Assembly (NCBI RefSeq): GCF_001194135.2
Contig: NC_068992.1
Coordinates: forward strand, 48,686,741-48,750,740
DNA: 64,000 nt
Direction: 5' to 3'
Source: Octopus bimaculoides
Taxonomy: Eukaryota
Part shown: piece by piece, positions 12,140 through 26,481 of the stretch
Numbering within the stretch: position 1 is the stretch's first letter
Layout of the letters: every line of letters starts with the position of its first letter
Made by a program: the position numbers and the translations under genes
Notes under the pieces: generated by a model
Seen by the model: the letters and a program-made list of their open reading frames with translations, nothing else
Told to the model about the DNA's origin: nothing
Databases searched by the model: none

Positions 12140-13440
12140 TAACCTAATTTCTCTCAAATTACCGATAGTCTGCCATCGTAAGAACGGAAGACATTTGAAA
12201 AATCAAATTCATTAGTAAAAACCCCGGTATGGATACGGACATGGATGGTGGTAGATTTGGGAGACAGCAGAACAAAATACTCGAACGTATTTAGGCTCGT
12301 GTGTGAGTGTGAGTTCAAATCCTGTGAGGGCTGCACTTTACTCTACATTCTTCGAGAAGTCGGTGATAAAAATAATAATGTGTCAAGAAATGATGTACTG
12401 CAGTTTCGATTCAATCAACGATAACTCTTTCCCTACAAATTGCTGGCCCCCTGCCAATAGAAGATATCATAATTAACATTTTCTTATGCAGTCAGACTTG
12501 AAGAATGTCCAAATTATCTGTCTTGCATTGTACTAGCTCTGTACTAGCACAACTTTGCTTTCCTTTCTTTCTCGAAACTTCCATTCATCTTGTGTGAACA
12601 CACCAACTTAGTGTGAGCTATTTCCTCAGTGAAAAGCACATTATCTCTACCGTTTATACTTTATCTAGTGCTAACATCTTTGTTTCTTACTTCCTCACAC
12701 AGTTTACTTCAGCTAAAGCTACATATTCACACTTTGTCTAACTATTCTTAAACCTTTCAAGATCATTATTGCTTTGCAATTTTACTTTTATTCTTCCGTC
12801 CTTCATTTCTCCTTCTTCTCTTCCTTCTTCTTCAGAAGTCTGTTAATCTCATTAGTTGTCCTAATAAATCAGCTAGCTTCGAGCCTTTGCTTCCAATCTT
12901 TTCGATTTTGACGTTCCTTCTCGTCCATCTACTTAACTCGGCCCCGCCATCCGCCACCAGACCTCTACACCAGCCACCTCTCACCTAAACGAATACCACA
13001 CTCATTATCAGCTTTCCCTTAAAAACTAACACATACGTCTCTCATCATCTCATACCCCTATCAATAGCTCACTTTCTCTCATCGTCTCCTATTATCTACT
13101 TCCTTCTTTCCCTCCCTCTCTCCTTTCCTATGTTTTCCCTTTCGTCATCATGTTGTTCTTACCTTCATGCTTAGCTTTCTCCCAATGTAATTATTATATA
13201 AACTGTATCTGTGATTACTTATTTGTAATCTTTCTCTCACTTTTCTTTGTCTCTCTTTGTTTCTCCCTCCTTTCCTTTATTCACCCTCTTTCAATATATA
13301 TGTGTGAGTGTGTGTGTGTGAGTGTGTGTGTGTATGCATGTGTATATATTCTACACATTATACAGCTATATATGTGTGTGTGTGTGTATAGCTGTAGAAG
13401 GAGGCATTTATGTATATACCTACACACACTCACACAGATA

Positions 13441-13493
<53 letters not shown>

Positions 13494-13601
13494 ATACATA
13501 CATACAACTACACATCATACGCTGTGGCTAAAAATTCTTTATATAGGTTTACGTATTGCGGGATGAAACATCTTGCACGTTGCTAGCTACTCTTGAAATA
13601 T

Positions 13602-13603
<2 letters not shown>

Positions 13604-13677
<74 letters not shown>

Positions 13678-13728
13678 TTATCTCTCTCTCTCTCTCGCTA
13701 TCTCTCTCCCTCTATCTATCTATCTATC

Positions 13729-13771
<43 letters not shown>

Positions 13772-13856
13772 TTATCTCTCTCTCTCTCGCTATCTCTCTC
13801 CCTCTATCTATCTATCTATCTATCTGTCTATTTATCTATCTATCTATCTATCTCTG
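13604..13856. repeat. Compound (CT)n/(ATCT)n microsatellite with a duplicated higher-order unit
   Basis: The block ctctctctcgctatctctctccctctatctatct occurs twice, about 94 bp apart. Confidence 0.9.
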
Positions 13857-13867
13857 AGTACATATCT

Positions 13868-14030
13868 TTTATCTTTTACTTGTTTCATTTATCAGACTGT
13901 GGCCGCCTCTATGGGTTTATCGAACAAATTGAATCCAGTACCTATTCTAAAGCATGGTACTTATTCTATCAGTCTCTTATTGCTGAACCGAGGATATAAA
14001 CAAACCAACACCTGTTGTCAAGAATTTCTG
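13868..14030 (-). mobile_element. SINE family A, 3' half
   Basis: ttttacttgtttcatt...gactgtggcc...ggtacttattctatc matches the family A 3' end. Confidence 0.7.
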
Positions 14031-14039
14031 GATGTTACA

Positions 14040-14420
14040 CATTGTAGACCCGATCGGAGAGACCTCCGGAAGACACTAGCCAGTTTGTTTAAGCCGACAC
14101 CCAGGCATGTCTAAGGAACTTGGCATTTACCAGCTCTGCCTGGCCTTTCAAGGACAGCTTCCCTACTTCTCGGTAAGACCGAATTCGCATGGCAGACTAG
14201 CCGAAACGTTCCATTTGTGCCTTATGCACCTGCTCATCGTCCCTCGTATGTCAGCAGTCGTTACCGGCTTTTTGCAGAAATTCGCCTCTATTACCGAGAG
14301 CCGTGACAGGCCGCCCAGGCACGAACTAAAGTCCACTACGTTGGACCCATCGTCCTCCCCAGAAAGTCGAACGAAGTGCTGCTAGAAAGCCACATACGTC
14401 TACTTGAAGCCGTTTAGCAC
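14040..14420 (-). mobile_element. Tx1/L1-clade LINE RT fragment
   Basis: GC-rich island; the minus strand encodes KLSLKGQAELVNA, resembling the L1/Tx1 post-RT motif W..R.LSLKGR..V.N. Confidence 0.5.
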
Positions 14421-15004
14421 CTACATACATAGACACGTATGTATGTAATAGTGTATGTATGAATATATGTATGTTACATGAAAGCATGTATATATACGCA
14501 ATCAATGTTACTAAAAATTATAGAAGATAGAATTATTGAATATATTTAAGAGTACAAAGAAAAACTTAACACCTGCAAAACAAAATAAAATCGAAAAATA
14601 ATTAAATGAGAACGTTAACTACTATAATTCACTGAATAACAAAAACCAAACCAGAACATAAGTGAAAATATATATAAATAGAAAGGAATATGAGAAAGAT
14701 TTAAGAATAGGATATTCTGAATGTAGAAATCATAAATCTAACAATAACCTAAAGATGGAAAGACTTAAAATCAATAGATCTTTCTATGAACCGAGGAAAC
14801 AGTTCTGTGAAGGATAAAAGTTCATGATTAAATAGTATCAACAATAAAATGAACATAAACGTGACCATCATTAGTTGAATAAAAACAGGAATGAACGTCA
14901 ATATAACCAGGAGAAATCAGATAATATATGACTCTGACAGCGTAGTTAGAAACAAAATTGGGGCTTCCGCGAGTATGTTCGTATAGTAAAAATGTTTCTA
15001 ATTC

Positions 15005-15200
15005 AGGTACAAGGTCAGTAATTCAGAGAGGAATGTTAATCGATTAAATCGACTCCATTGTTTAACTGTTTATTTTTTTTAAGCGACACCAGTAAAAAAA
15101 AATAGAGCGGCGGAATTTGAACCCAGAACACAGAATCCCAGGATTAATACCGTTAGCTATTTTATCCGATGCTCTTACGTTTCTGCCTATCCACCATCTT
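15005..15200 (-). mobile_element. SINE family B, degraded
   Basis: gcggcggaatttgaacccagaac and aatcgactcca motifs shared with family B. Confidence 0.6.
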
Positions 15201-15229
15201 AACTTGCATTAAAACACAAGCGAACAACT

Positions 15230-17271
15230 TCTCAAGCAACAATAGAGAAAGAGGGATGATGAAAGAAGACATCACTGAATGTTTAATGGAATCGGTAACG
15301 AAAAGTCACATTTGGAAATAAGAGAGGAAACAAATACCTCAAAATCTAACCAAGAGACTTTTGCGAATCTTTAGAAGAGAAGAATTTCAATTTCAATCCA
15401 AAGCGATTTTTTAAGAAGTCTGTAAAATTAGAAATCAATACAGCACCATCTACAGAAGTAGAAGAGTTCGTGGGTCGGGGGACAAGGAAATTCAACGCTT
15501 TGGGCACAGGAATGTTCAAAACAAGCTCAGCATCTGAAGAGTCATTTGAGAACATTTTAATTCGTATATTAATTCTTGAATTAGCATAGACGCTACAAAT
15601 GAATGAACAAATAAAAGGTACAAAAAAGTTATGTAAACCCCTACTATTAGTTAAAAAATTATTGGATCAGTTATTTGAATGAGGTGGAAAGTATCAGAAT
15701 GACTCATTGAGAAGCAAACGTAATCTCCAAGACATAAAAGAACAGCAAATTCTAATAACTATAAATCCATGACCTGCTTGTCTTACGTTTAAAAAGCCTT
15801 AACTGCAAAAATGTCAAAGTGGGTCAATAGCTACCTACGAAAAAAAAACCCACTACTTTCCAAGAAAACACAGCTAATGTTTCAAAAGATCAGCTTTTTG
15901 TAAAGATTACTTATCAATAAAACATTGTCATAAGACTGTATAAGTAGAACGTCGTGTCTATACATGGTATTGATTTAACATCAAAAGGTTTTCGACAGAG
16001 TCTGATATTTGGGTCCTGTAAACATTTGTCACGAATAAAGTAACACCAATAATAGCAAGGTATATCAGTTTAACACCATTATCTGGCTTTTGAGAGACTA
16101 ACAGAATCCACTTTGTTGTAAACATCCGGGCAAGATCTCCGGTTTGAAGAAACCTTTTTGTCACCAGATTCGATATCTCAAAAAATGTATCACGGACGCT
16201 GCTAGTCTTCCTTTGACTTAACCATTAAAATACATATTATCACTAAATCTTTTGATACATATAAAGAGGGGATTATAAAAATATGTACCAACATTTGAAG
16301 AAAGAAAATATTGCAAGTGCTCTTCCTCACTAGATTCCTTTTCATCCTGGACTGAAATCACCTTCACAGCTAGGCCATACACCTTCGCCAACTAGAACAT
16401 TGTCATAAAATATCGATTATAGGACCAGAGAACTATCTAGTAAAGAAAAATGGGAAATTAATTCAAATAGATATGAAACACGAATTAAACGGTTTCGAGC
16501 CCAAAAATACAAAGCAGGCTGAAATTACAGATATTCGTATGGAGAAAAGTGAAAAAAACAACAGATTGTTAGAAATAAAGCTGTACGCTAAAGATATGAT
16601 GCTGAAGCGATGCAAAGAGAACTCTTCATGGCCGAATACGCAAAGACAGTAAAAGAAGAGAGAGGATAGAGAAGAAAACACTTCAGTAATGACTGAGAAT
16701 CGCAGGACTCAAAAGTGAAAGTGACGGATCTTTATATTACTTATAAAAGGTCGAAGCTTTTACCCGCGAGACTAACAAAACGATGAAATGAAACTGAATA
16801 CAGTGACTGGAGAATGTGTAGATGTTGAGGAAAAAAAAAAACAATTAACCTCATTATGTTCGATTTCTCGTCTTGGAAAAGATGTATACAAACTTTAACA
16901 AGAAAGGAAAGACTTACGAGTAGATGAGTGGAACAAGAGAGGAATACGGAATTCAACGCTAGAAATAAAATTGTAGATATAAATGCGCTTGTCATCGTGT
17001 TTTAAGTAAGAAATTGTACATTGCGTAAAATGAAGCTATATTGAAACTAGAAAACTTCTGTCGCATTTCGAACCTACCACCTTAAAGCTGATAGAGATAA
17101 GAGATATATACATCGCACAGAAGGATGTAGAATGAGTTTGATAGAAATATTTCAAATTGACGAAGAAGGATCTATTAACATACTTAGAAACACACAAATG
17201 TAGACTGTTTAGATCATGAGATCAAGAAGTTATTAAATATATGTTTGTATGTCTACATACATATATGTGTG

Positions 17272-17321
<50 letters not shown>

Positions 17322-18070
17322 CGCGCGTGCGTGTGCGTGTGTGTGTGTGTACAGTACAAAGCACGAACTAATTGTTTAAATATTTATATAAGCAGAAGCC
17401 ATAGATAAGTGAAAAGTAATCAAAAAGTCATAATCAAAGCAAAACTGCAAGAAATACTACAGGAAAAAATTGATAGAAAAACTTCTTTGATGGTCAATAT
17501 TTTTACTGGCTTGAACAGAGAGGAAGTGCGTCAATCTCAGAATTAAGAATGTCTTAAAGGCTCCAAACTAAAGACAGAAATGATAGGTCTACTTTTAGCT
17601 GCACAGATCAATGCCCAGACACAAATTTCTTCCAAAATAAATAAAAAGAAAAAAGTCAACAAAAATTGCGGGTTGTATAATCAACGTTTAGAAACAAGTG
17701 ATTACATTTCTGATTGGACAGTCTTCGTAATGACAGAATATTTTCAAAGATATGGCTGAGTATGTAGCTGTATCGATTGGAAAATATGTAGTATATAAAG
17801 TCTATTTTAACATGAAAGCTGTAAATAAGTTTAATAAGTTGTACGGTTAGGTAGAATATCCGGTATGTGACAATGGTGCAAATACGATGCTTTGAGACAT
17901 GACTACACTGACTGATAAGAAGATTGAAGGGATCTTATCAGTAACAAAAGACTGAAACGGATACCTCTGTACTCCAGTCGACATTGTAATCCGATTTCTT
18001 CAGATCAAAAACATTTCTAGGACGGGAGAAAAACAGCTGTCAATGTACAAGGACTTAAAAATAGAAATAC
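15230..18070 (+). mobile_element. Near-complete decayed R4/Dong-like LINE ORF (RT, CCHC knuckle, restriction-like endonuclease)
   Basis: In order: NNYKSMTCL (about 15755, cf. NYRPITCL), KD.LLINK (about 15905), W.D..K.FD (about 15970), LLLAAQ (about 17590), C.L.NQ.LET.D.I (about 17670), .LW D...TDKKIE (about 17890) and D..I......YKDLKIEI (about 17980-18070); interrupted by (GT)n at about 17265-17350. Confidence 0.85.
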
Positions 18071-19188
18071 GTTGAGACGTAAATAACAACCTGCGTTAAT
18101 AAAACGCAGTAGGTATGATAATAATGAACTTAGGATGGAAGATAACAATTATGGAAGGGTTTAAAACTTTATACACAAACTATGTAAATCATTTCCAGAC
18201 CAAAATTCTATTTAATGAGCATTCAACCCTCACAGCATATTCATTCACTTCGCTATACTAGGAAACAACCAGCTTCCCGCTTATTCAGAATTATCCTCTC
18301 AGCATGCCTTCCATACCATAACACAACCTATACCCCACACATTCTACGTTATTGCTGCTACACAAATAGAAAAATACACAAGTAGAACAACATATAATAT
18401 ACGCAAAATCATAACCGTTATCGTTTTCATTCGATGTTGTTTATAGAGAATTCACTTTTCTTCACTCGCGATGATTGTACCCAGGAAAGTAGAGAACAAT
18501 TATTTGATTGAGCTGAAAATCAGTCACATGGTGAATGACCGATTGACCAAGTCTGAATTCGTTTCCACTTTTCCTAGTTTATTGAAGATGCTTTATGATC
18601 GAAGTGTGACATGAACTACAAACTCTTTGAAGTGGCTTTGGATTTTCCTCAACTACGCTTTACAGAAGGCTGAGGGAACTTGGGCGAGAGAAAAATTTCT
18701 CACGTGAAATTATGCAATCCAACGATAACATCTCTGTACACTTAAAGTTTCATTTCCAAAGAGAGAGCGAATCTTTCTCGCCGTTTCTATTGCTAATGAG
18801 TCACTGTTGAATTCATAAAGCATACAGCGTCTGATATTAGTCTGATCTAAATGCATTTTAAAAGGGTAAAAGTCATACGAATTTAACCATTATAGTATAA
18901 AGTAATCTGCAAAAAAAGATGGGGGAAAAATTTTAGATAAATACTTTAGAATGTAAAAAACATGTTTATTTTACCGTAAGTAATGAAACATTACTCTGAA
19001 AGTGATCATGTCAAAAATACGACAGGGCTTTTTTCTAATCTAATATATATATGTATATATAATATATACATGCATACATATATATAATTAGATAGATGGA
19101 CAGATAGAGATGTATATTTAATTTTATATCTATATACATATATATGTGTATATATATATGTATATATATATTATATATATTCGTACGT

Positions 19189-19230
<42 letters not shown>

Positions 19231-19240
19231 NNNNNNNNNN

Positions 19241-19278
<38 letters not shown>

Positions 19279-19721
19279 CACAGACAAACACACGCACATA
19301 GCTACATGTACATTACAAGGTGGACAGTTAAGACAACGGGAGGTCACTTGAACATTTTCCCATTTAAACCAGGAAGAATGTTTACTTTGTGTCGTCCATC
19401 ATTATAGTTTTATTTCTTGTTTGTCGTACAAAATTAGAAAACTAAATAGTCTGTAGTAATTCCAAATATAGGAGAAAATCAAAAGTGTTTTTATATGTTC
19501 ATATTTTCAGGACTTTTGAGGGTTTTTTCTTGTTGTTGATTCTTCGTTGATTTGTCGTTATACTGTTTGGTTATTGTTTTGTTGTTTTTTGCTTTGTTTC
19601 TGACTTTGTTGTTGTTTTTTTTATTTGTGTTCATTGTTCGCAAAGTTATTGCTTTTGTTAACTTGGCAGCGTTCCTCGGCTGGCTTTTGTGTAATTCAAT
19701 ATTTCTATTTATCATTCATCC

Positions 19722-19774
<53 letters not shown>

Positions 19775-20123
19775 TGTATGTGTGTNNNNNNNNNNNNNNN
19801 NNNNNNNNNNNNNNNNNNNNNNNNNNNNNNNNNNNNNNNNNNNNNNNNNNNNNNNNNNNNNNNNNNNNNNNNNNNNNNNNNNNNNNNNNNNNNNNNNNNN
19901 NNNNNNNNNNNNNNNNNNNNNNNNNNNNNNNNNNNNNNNNNNNNNNNNNNNNNNNNNNNNNNNNNNNNNNNNNNNNNNNNNNNNNNNNNNNNNNNNNNNN
20001 NNNNNNNNNNNNNNNNNNNNNNNNNNNNNNNNNNNNNNNNNNNNNNNNNNNNNNNNNNNNNNNNNNNNNNNNNNNNNNNNNNNNNNNNNNNNNNNNNNNN
20101 NNNNNNNNNNNNNNNNNNNNNNN

Positions 20124-20189
<66 letters not shown>

Positions 20190-20636
20190 TATGCATATGT
20201 ATGTACAAGTGATCATAGTTCATATATAGAGAGATAAAGGACCAGAGAATGTGTCTGTGAGACAGGAGAAAGAGAAATATGCTTGTGGATAGATAGATAG
20301 ATACATACATACATACATACATACATACATACATACATACATACATACATACATAGCAAAATCAGAAATGAGCAGACAAGAATGTTATGTGTTGCAGAAA
20401 TAGAATTATAAAAGTTGATTCTTATCAACTGGCAACGGTTGTGATTGTTATCTATTGTGTCTTATATTGTAATAGTAGAAACCAATGGCCAGACTGAAGC
20501 CACCACCTACCATCATTAACTGGAGACGTTCGGAAGGTGACAACCACACTCACTCACACTCACACGCACGCATAAAGGTACACACGCATACGTGTGTGTG
20601 CGTCTGAATATACATGTATATGTATACACATATATA

Positions 20637-20721
<85 letters not shown>

Positions 20722-20979
20722 GCACGCATATACTGAGGTATACTGTATTGTGAAAGGATGTTTCTGCAAGCATAAAGACAATTATTATTATTATTCAGTG
20801 AATAAAAAATTTATGAGTAGTTTAGAGTTTCTTCTTTAACAATAGTGACTTCGCAGTTTTGTTAGACACTCTCTTCGCTCCTTTTCTCCCTATATATGAA
20901 CTATGTTCACTCATATCCATACATAGTCGAGAGGCCACAGATACACCAATACATATGTACATGTTCTTATCTTAGAAAT

Positions 20980-20981
<2 letters not shown>

Positions 20982-21014
<33 letters not shown>

Positions 21015-21340
21015 TATTGCCTTTGCACAGCTTCTAATGGTGGAGATGTACTACATTGCCAGCTATTCACTACCAGTAAACTATGGTAACAACTGTTATT
21101 TTTCGAGGACCTTCCGGAGTATTCGAGCGGTTCCAAGCAGCGCTGTTTTCTGCAAGTGCTCCACCCTTATTGCAACCCCTATTTTTTTCCACGTACTTCT
21201 TGAGATTTTTGCTCACTGTTCCCAGGACTCCGACAATTATTGGTACTACTGCTACCTTTTTATCGACCACAACTGCTTAACTTCCCAAGCTAACCTCTCA
21301 TATCTCTCGACTTTTCTCTCTTCCTCATCGCATACCTTGT
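20982..21340 (-). mobile_element. 3' end of R4/Dong-like LINE with (TAA)n tail
   Basis: ORF 21070-21270 KKVAVVPIIVGVLGTVSKNLKKYVEK matches the RLE C-terminal V.VVP.V.G.LG motif; immediately followed by about 10 TAA units. Confidence 0.85.
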
Positions 21341-21384
21341 TGTCAGCTGGGCATGCTATATCTATGATTCAGCATAGTTTGTTT

Positions 21385-21555
21385 TAGCGGAATTTCGTCT
21401 GTCTTTACGTTCCGAGTTTAAATTCCGCTGAGGTCGACTTTGCCTTTCATCTTTCCGAGGTCGATAAAACAAGTACCACCTGATCACTGGAGTCGATGTT
21501 ATTGACTTATACCCTCCGCCGAACTTGCTGGCGTCGTGCAAAAATGTGAAACCAT
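21385..21555 (+). mobile_element. tRNA-derived SINE, family B
   Basis: tctttacgttccgagtttaaattccgctgaggtcgactttgcctttcatctttccgaggtcgataaaacaagtacc, followed by an (ATC)n tail. Confidence 0.85.
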
Positions 21556-21649
21556 CATCATCATCATCATCATTATTATTATTGACAGACATTTCGTTTC
21601 AAGGAGCGAAATGAAACTTTGATTTGTTGGTATTTCTTCTGCACATAAT

Positions 21650-22480
21650 ACCAAAAATAGCAAAAGGAACAAGAAAGAATTATCATAGTTGTTTGTCCTA
21701 AGGTAACACCAGACACAACTTGTAAAGTGGCAAATGAATTATTCCTGTCCTCATACACAGAAGCGAACCATGTGACCTAATAACCTCCACCTCCAACCAT
21801 ATCCAGCGAAGAAAGGGAGACTCGTTCATGACAGCTACAACAGCGAGTACTAAACAGGTTGGAAGTATTCCTCCGTAACGGTAATGCGACATCCATTTAT
21901 GAGGATGGAGACAAGATGGGAGACCAAGAGGAAAAGTAGAACTTCTTAAGAAAGCAAGAAAGACCCAATCGAAATTTTTCAAAACTACAATAAATATGAG
22001 AGAGGAGTAAACTCATCTGAAACAGATACTCTCTCCGCGGAATAAGAACCCATATCTTTAGAATGAGAACCATTATTCTTTGAGAAAGAATCAATTTTCT
22101 CATTCAATGAAATAAGTCCTATGTTTTTTCTATATTTCTTCCAGCCGTTCTGACTAATATAGAAAAGGTTATTATTATGGATCTTGTGGTTATCATTGTT
22201 AATAACGACAATAAGGTTCATACAGAAATGGAATAGTGTGACAGATAGCCGGAAAATTGAGAAGATTAAGAAAGGAAAAGATACTAAAATTAAAATATAC
22301 ATCGTTGGGAGGGTGTAAGTTCAATGTATGAAGAGGAACCAATCTAATAAAACTCTTTGAAGAATAAAATACCAAAGGATGAGTGATTTAAACTACACGG
22401 GAACAGATTTAAGTAGATATCAAGGCGAGACTCTTCATTACTTCAGTAAAGCGGTCACTTACAGAAATTGTGAGTTTTCA
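21650..22480 (+). mobile_element. Decayed R4/Dong-like LINE, N-terminal and RT pieces
   Basis: Remnant resembling P.WKRRLE.KI..LRK at about 21860-21960 and YQGETL at about 22415 (cf. FQGDSLSP); shares sequence with the minus-strand fragment at 26950-27040. Confidence 0.5.
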
Positions 22481-22914
22481 ATTGCTTCGAAAAGGTGATT
22501 GAAGATAAAATTTATTTGGTCACATATATAGACATTGAGACAGATCCTTTCAATAATGGAGAAAGAGAGAGTGAAATAAACAAGAATCAACACCGGAAAT
22601 ACCTGGTTTCATAGAATGACAATGAAATGAAAATGCAGTAGGAATTGTCAAGTATCTCCTTATTCATGAGGCTAAACGTGAATGGTATCAAACGGATGTT
22701 CATCAAAACGATTTACTAAGTGTAAGCAACAACGGCATCAATATCTGTCTATGCTTGGACGCCATCTCTGTTTCTTCGGTTTAAGTGTAATTGTCATTGT
22801 TGTTGTTCTTTAGCACCGAATCAGCCATGGTTAATCAATGGCGTTGCAGATGTATTCATTCTGCCTCTGATGTATGTATTCATGTGTGAGTGTCTGTGTG
22901 TGTGTATTTATATA

Positions 22915-23006
<92 letters not shown>

Positions 23007-24585
23007 TTTGCGTGTGTGCGTCTTTGCGTGTGTGCGTCCATCCGTGTGTCTGTCAAGAATTACATTGTCTAATGTAGTCTTCCATTCTCAAGGCGTGCAG
23101 GAGGGCCATTTTGGAAAGCTTTGGCTGCTATTCTGAAAATATTAAGCGACCATGTAGTAGCTTCCTTTTCCTCCTACCCATCACATTTCGTGAAATTAAT
23201 GCATGACATACTGGAGAAAAGGTTGCCATTCCAAGCTTCATTCCAAGAAATTATTCTCCTGGTGACGAAGTAGTGGGATATAGAAATCAAAATGTTCCAA
23301 ACTCTTTCACCAGTTAGCACTAACCGATCTATCGATCTGGTACACATAGCTATGTAACATGACAAATCGCAATAATCTTAGTACATAAGATGAAAGAAAA
23401 TGGCTAAGATTGCCATGGTGTAGCCGTCGAACTCCAGTCGAACCAAAACTGCTATTCAACCTCGTTTCCTTGACGTGGGTGTTGCAGCTCCTTTACGCTC
23501 CATTCCGGGTTGGGAGAAGTCAATAATCAATTAAGTCGACCCTTGTAATTGAAAGATATCATCGATACCTTCTGATATCACTTCGAACAGAACTGAAAGC
23601 AAAGCTGACTGCGGCGGGATTTGAACATGTGTGGTTAACTAGAACACACACAGCAAGTCTGTCTCTCGAACGATCACAAATACATACATACAGACAAAAA
23701 TATGTATATANNNNNNNNNNNNNNNNNNNNNNNNNNNNNNNNNNNNNNNNNNNNNNNNNNNNNNNNNNNNNNNNNNNNNNNNNNNNNNNNNNNNNNNNNN
23801 NNNNNNNNNNNNNNNNNNNNNNNNNNNNNNNNNNNNNNNNNNNNNNNNNNNNNNNNNNNNNNNNNNNNNNNNNNNNNNNNNNNNNNNNNNNNNNNNNNNN
23901 NNNNNNNNNNNNNNNNNNNNNNNNNNNNNNNNNNNNNNNNNNNNNNNNNNNNNNNNNNNNNNNNNNNNNNNNNNNNNNNNNNNNNNNNNNNNNNNNNNNN
24001 NNNNNNNNNNNNNNNNNNNNNNNNNNNNNNNNNNNNNNNNNNNNNNNNNNNNNNNNNNNNNNNNNNNNNNNNNNNNNNNNNNNNNNNNNNNNNNNNNNNN
24101 NNNNNNNNNNNNNNNNNNNNNNNNNNNNNNNNNNNNNNNNNNNNNNNNNNNNNNNNNNNNNNNNNNNNNNNNNNNNNNNNNNNNNNNNNNNNNNNNNNNN
24201 NNNNNNNNNNNNNNNNNNNNNNNNNNNNNNNNNNNNNNNNNNNNNNNNNNNNNNNNNNNNNNNNNNNNNNNNNNNNNNNNNNNNNNNNNNNNNNNNNNNN
24301 NNNNNNNNNNNNNNNNNNNNNNNNNNNNNNNNNNNNNNNNNNNNNNNNNNNNNNNNNNNNNNNNNNNNNNNNNNNNNNNNNNNNNNNNNNNNNNNNNNNN
24401 NNNNNNNNNNNNNNNNNNNNNNNNNNNNNNNATATATATATATATATATATAATTCGTTAGTGGCTGATATAAATTTGTATTTGCGTATTTATCTATGTG
24501 TATTATGTTATGAGTTCAAGTGTGTGTGAAATTCTGTAGTTGCTGATCTAAAATAGACGTGTCTTTCCGTACCTATGTCTGTATG

Positions 24586-24644
<59 letters not shown>

Positions 24645-24750
24645 CTACACACACACACAAACACATACACACACATATATATATATAAATATGCATATAT
24701 ATATAATGTATATGTTATATACGCTATACACATTTATTGTATAATTACCG

Positions 24751-24819
<69 letters not shown>

Positions 24820-26051
24820 TGTACGTACGTATGTATGTATATGTGCGTGCTTGTATGCGTGCATACCATCCATGTGTATGTAATTATACAGTCTTTGTCG
24901 CAATTGAAGTAATCATCATAATGAAATTATACAATTCCCTTTACAATCTCCCCCCATCTCCACAATAATATGACGTTAAAATATGGCGACACAAGTCGAT
25001 TCTTGACTTATAACATTAAAATACATTTTTATGCTTTTTTGTTTATTTTTTAATTTTTTCTTTGTCATTTTGTTTTTATTGTTGATACCGAAATGTCTTG
25101 GTTTCCAATTGGAATTGAATTACGAAGACTTCATTCACACAATTCTTTATTTTTATAATTATAATGAAGTTATTTTAGTTCAAGTAAAAAGACATATTTC
25201 TTGCTTCACTAAAATGTTCTGTGTATTTCCCAGCATGCATCTGTTTTACAGAAAACATAGTAATATTTATTTGCTATTTTTATACGTTTTTTCTTCTTTT
25301 TCCTTTTAGTATCAAGTTAGAAATTATCTCTTTCGGTTAGTTTCTTCCGTGTTTCGATAAACATTTATAGAAATTCTTCTGTCGTTTGTGTATTTCATTC
25401 TAATACAGAATTGAAGAATTCTGCTGCACTAAATTTGTTCCAAAACGTACCATTCTATCTTCTTTCAAATTGACGATTCAAAACAAATCGCTTCGGAGAA
25501 AATATTCTTAGACGTCATTGCTTTTTGAAGATGACTTTTTCCGTTTGCTTTGATCTGTGAAAACTATTCTTGTTTTGAAGACTAATCATGGTTTCTTCGT
25601 TGTTGAATTCTTACATTTCTTTGCTTCGTGACCTTAAGGGCAGAAAACTATAATTTTTGTTGGTGTTGTTCTTGACAATTTGCGTCCGTCACCAAAACAT
25701 GTAGCTGAGGTTGACAGTACGTGTTAGAAGGAGGTTTTTAATACCAAAATCGGAATTGAATTGTAATCAATAACAAATCAACATGGCTTCTATGAAAAGT
25801 CGGAGACGCGAGCAGAAGATAAAAGTAACGTGGAAAGAGATAGTAGTACAAATGTAGTTATAACGTGACGAGAAGTCCTACTGCATGTCTTTACACAATC
25901 ATCATCGTGTGTAGGAAGTATACATTGGTTATGCAAGCATATCACGTAATTGTTCTTTATACTGTATATACTTATCATGTTTGGTGTTGTAGTTGACGGA
26001 AACAAAGACGCGTTTTAAGAACGGATGTAAGAATTCAGTCTAATCAGGCTT

Positions 26052-26481
26052 GTATATGTCACTAGGGGATAAGAAAAACACTCGTTAATTATAAACTACC
26101 ACCGCTGCTCACAACAATGAGCTTTACTTATCATATTCAGCCCAAGATAAAGTGGCCGCTACACGGTCACTTGAGCCGGGACAAATAACAGCCAAATCTC
26201 CTTCAAGTCATATCTTACCGCTTTGATTAAAAAAGGCATTTTGAAAACATCCAATTCATTATTACTGTGGATGTGAATATGCAAAGTTAAATATAGATAA
26301 CAGAGGCGGTAGTGAACTGAGCTAAATACTTTAAAGCATTTGAGGTCGTCCGTCAGACACTGTTTAATGTGGATCAACATATGCAGCTTAAACAAAGGGT
26401 ATATATCACTGGAGGATAAGAAAAACATTCGTTGATAATAAACTACCATCGTTGCTCATAACAATGAGTTTTACTTATCAT
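26052..26481 (+). repeat. Pair of 83-bp diverged direct repeats
   Basis: 26052-26134 versus 26399-26481, about 10 substitutions, no indels. Confidence 0.9.

Noticed and set aside
19491-19715. Lys/Asn-rich 74-aa minus-strand ORF
   Set aside because: Derived from a low-complexity (TTG/TTT) tract; no splice support.
25451-25554. Apparent minus-strand exon with good cag| and |gtacgt sites
   Set aside because: Stops in all three frames.
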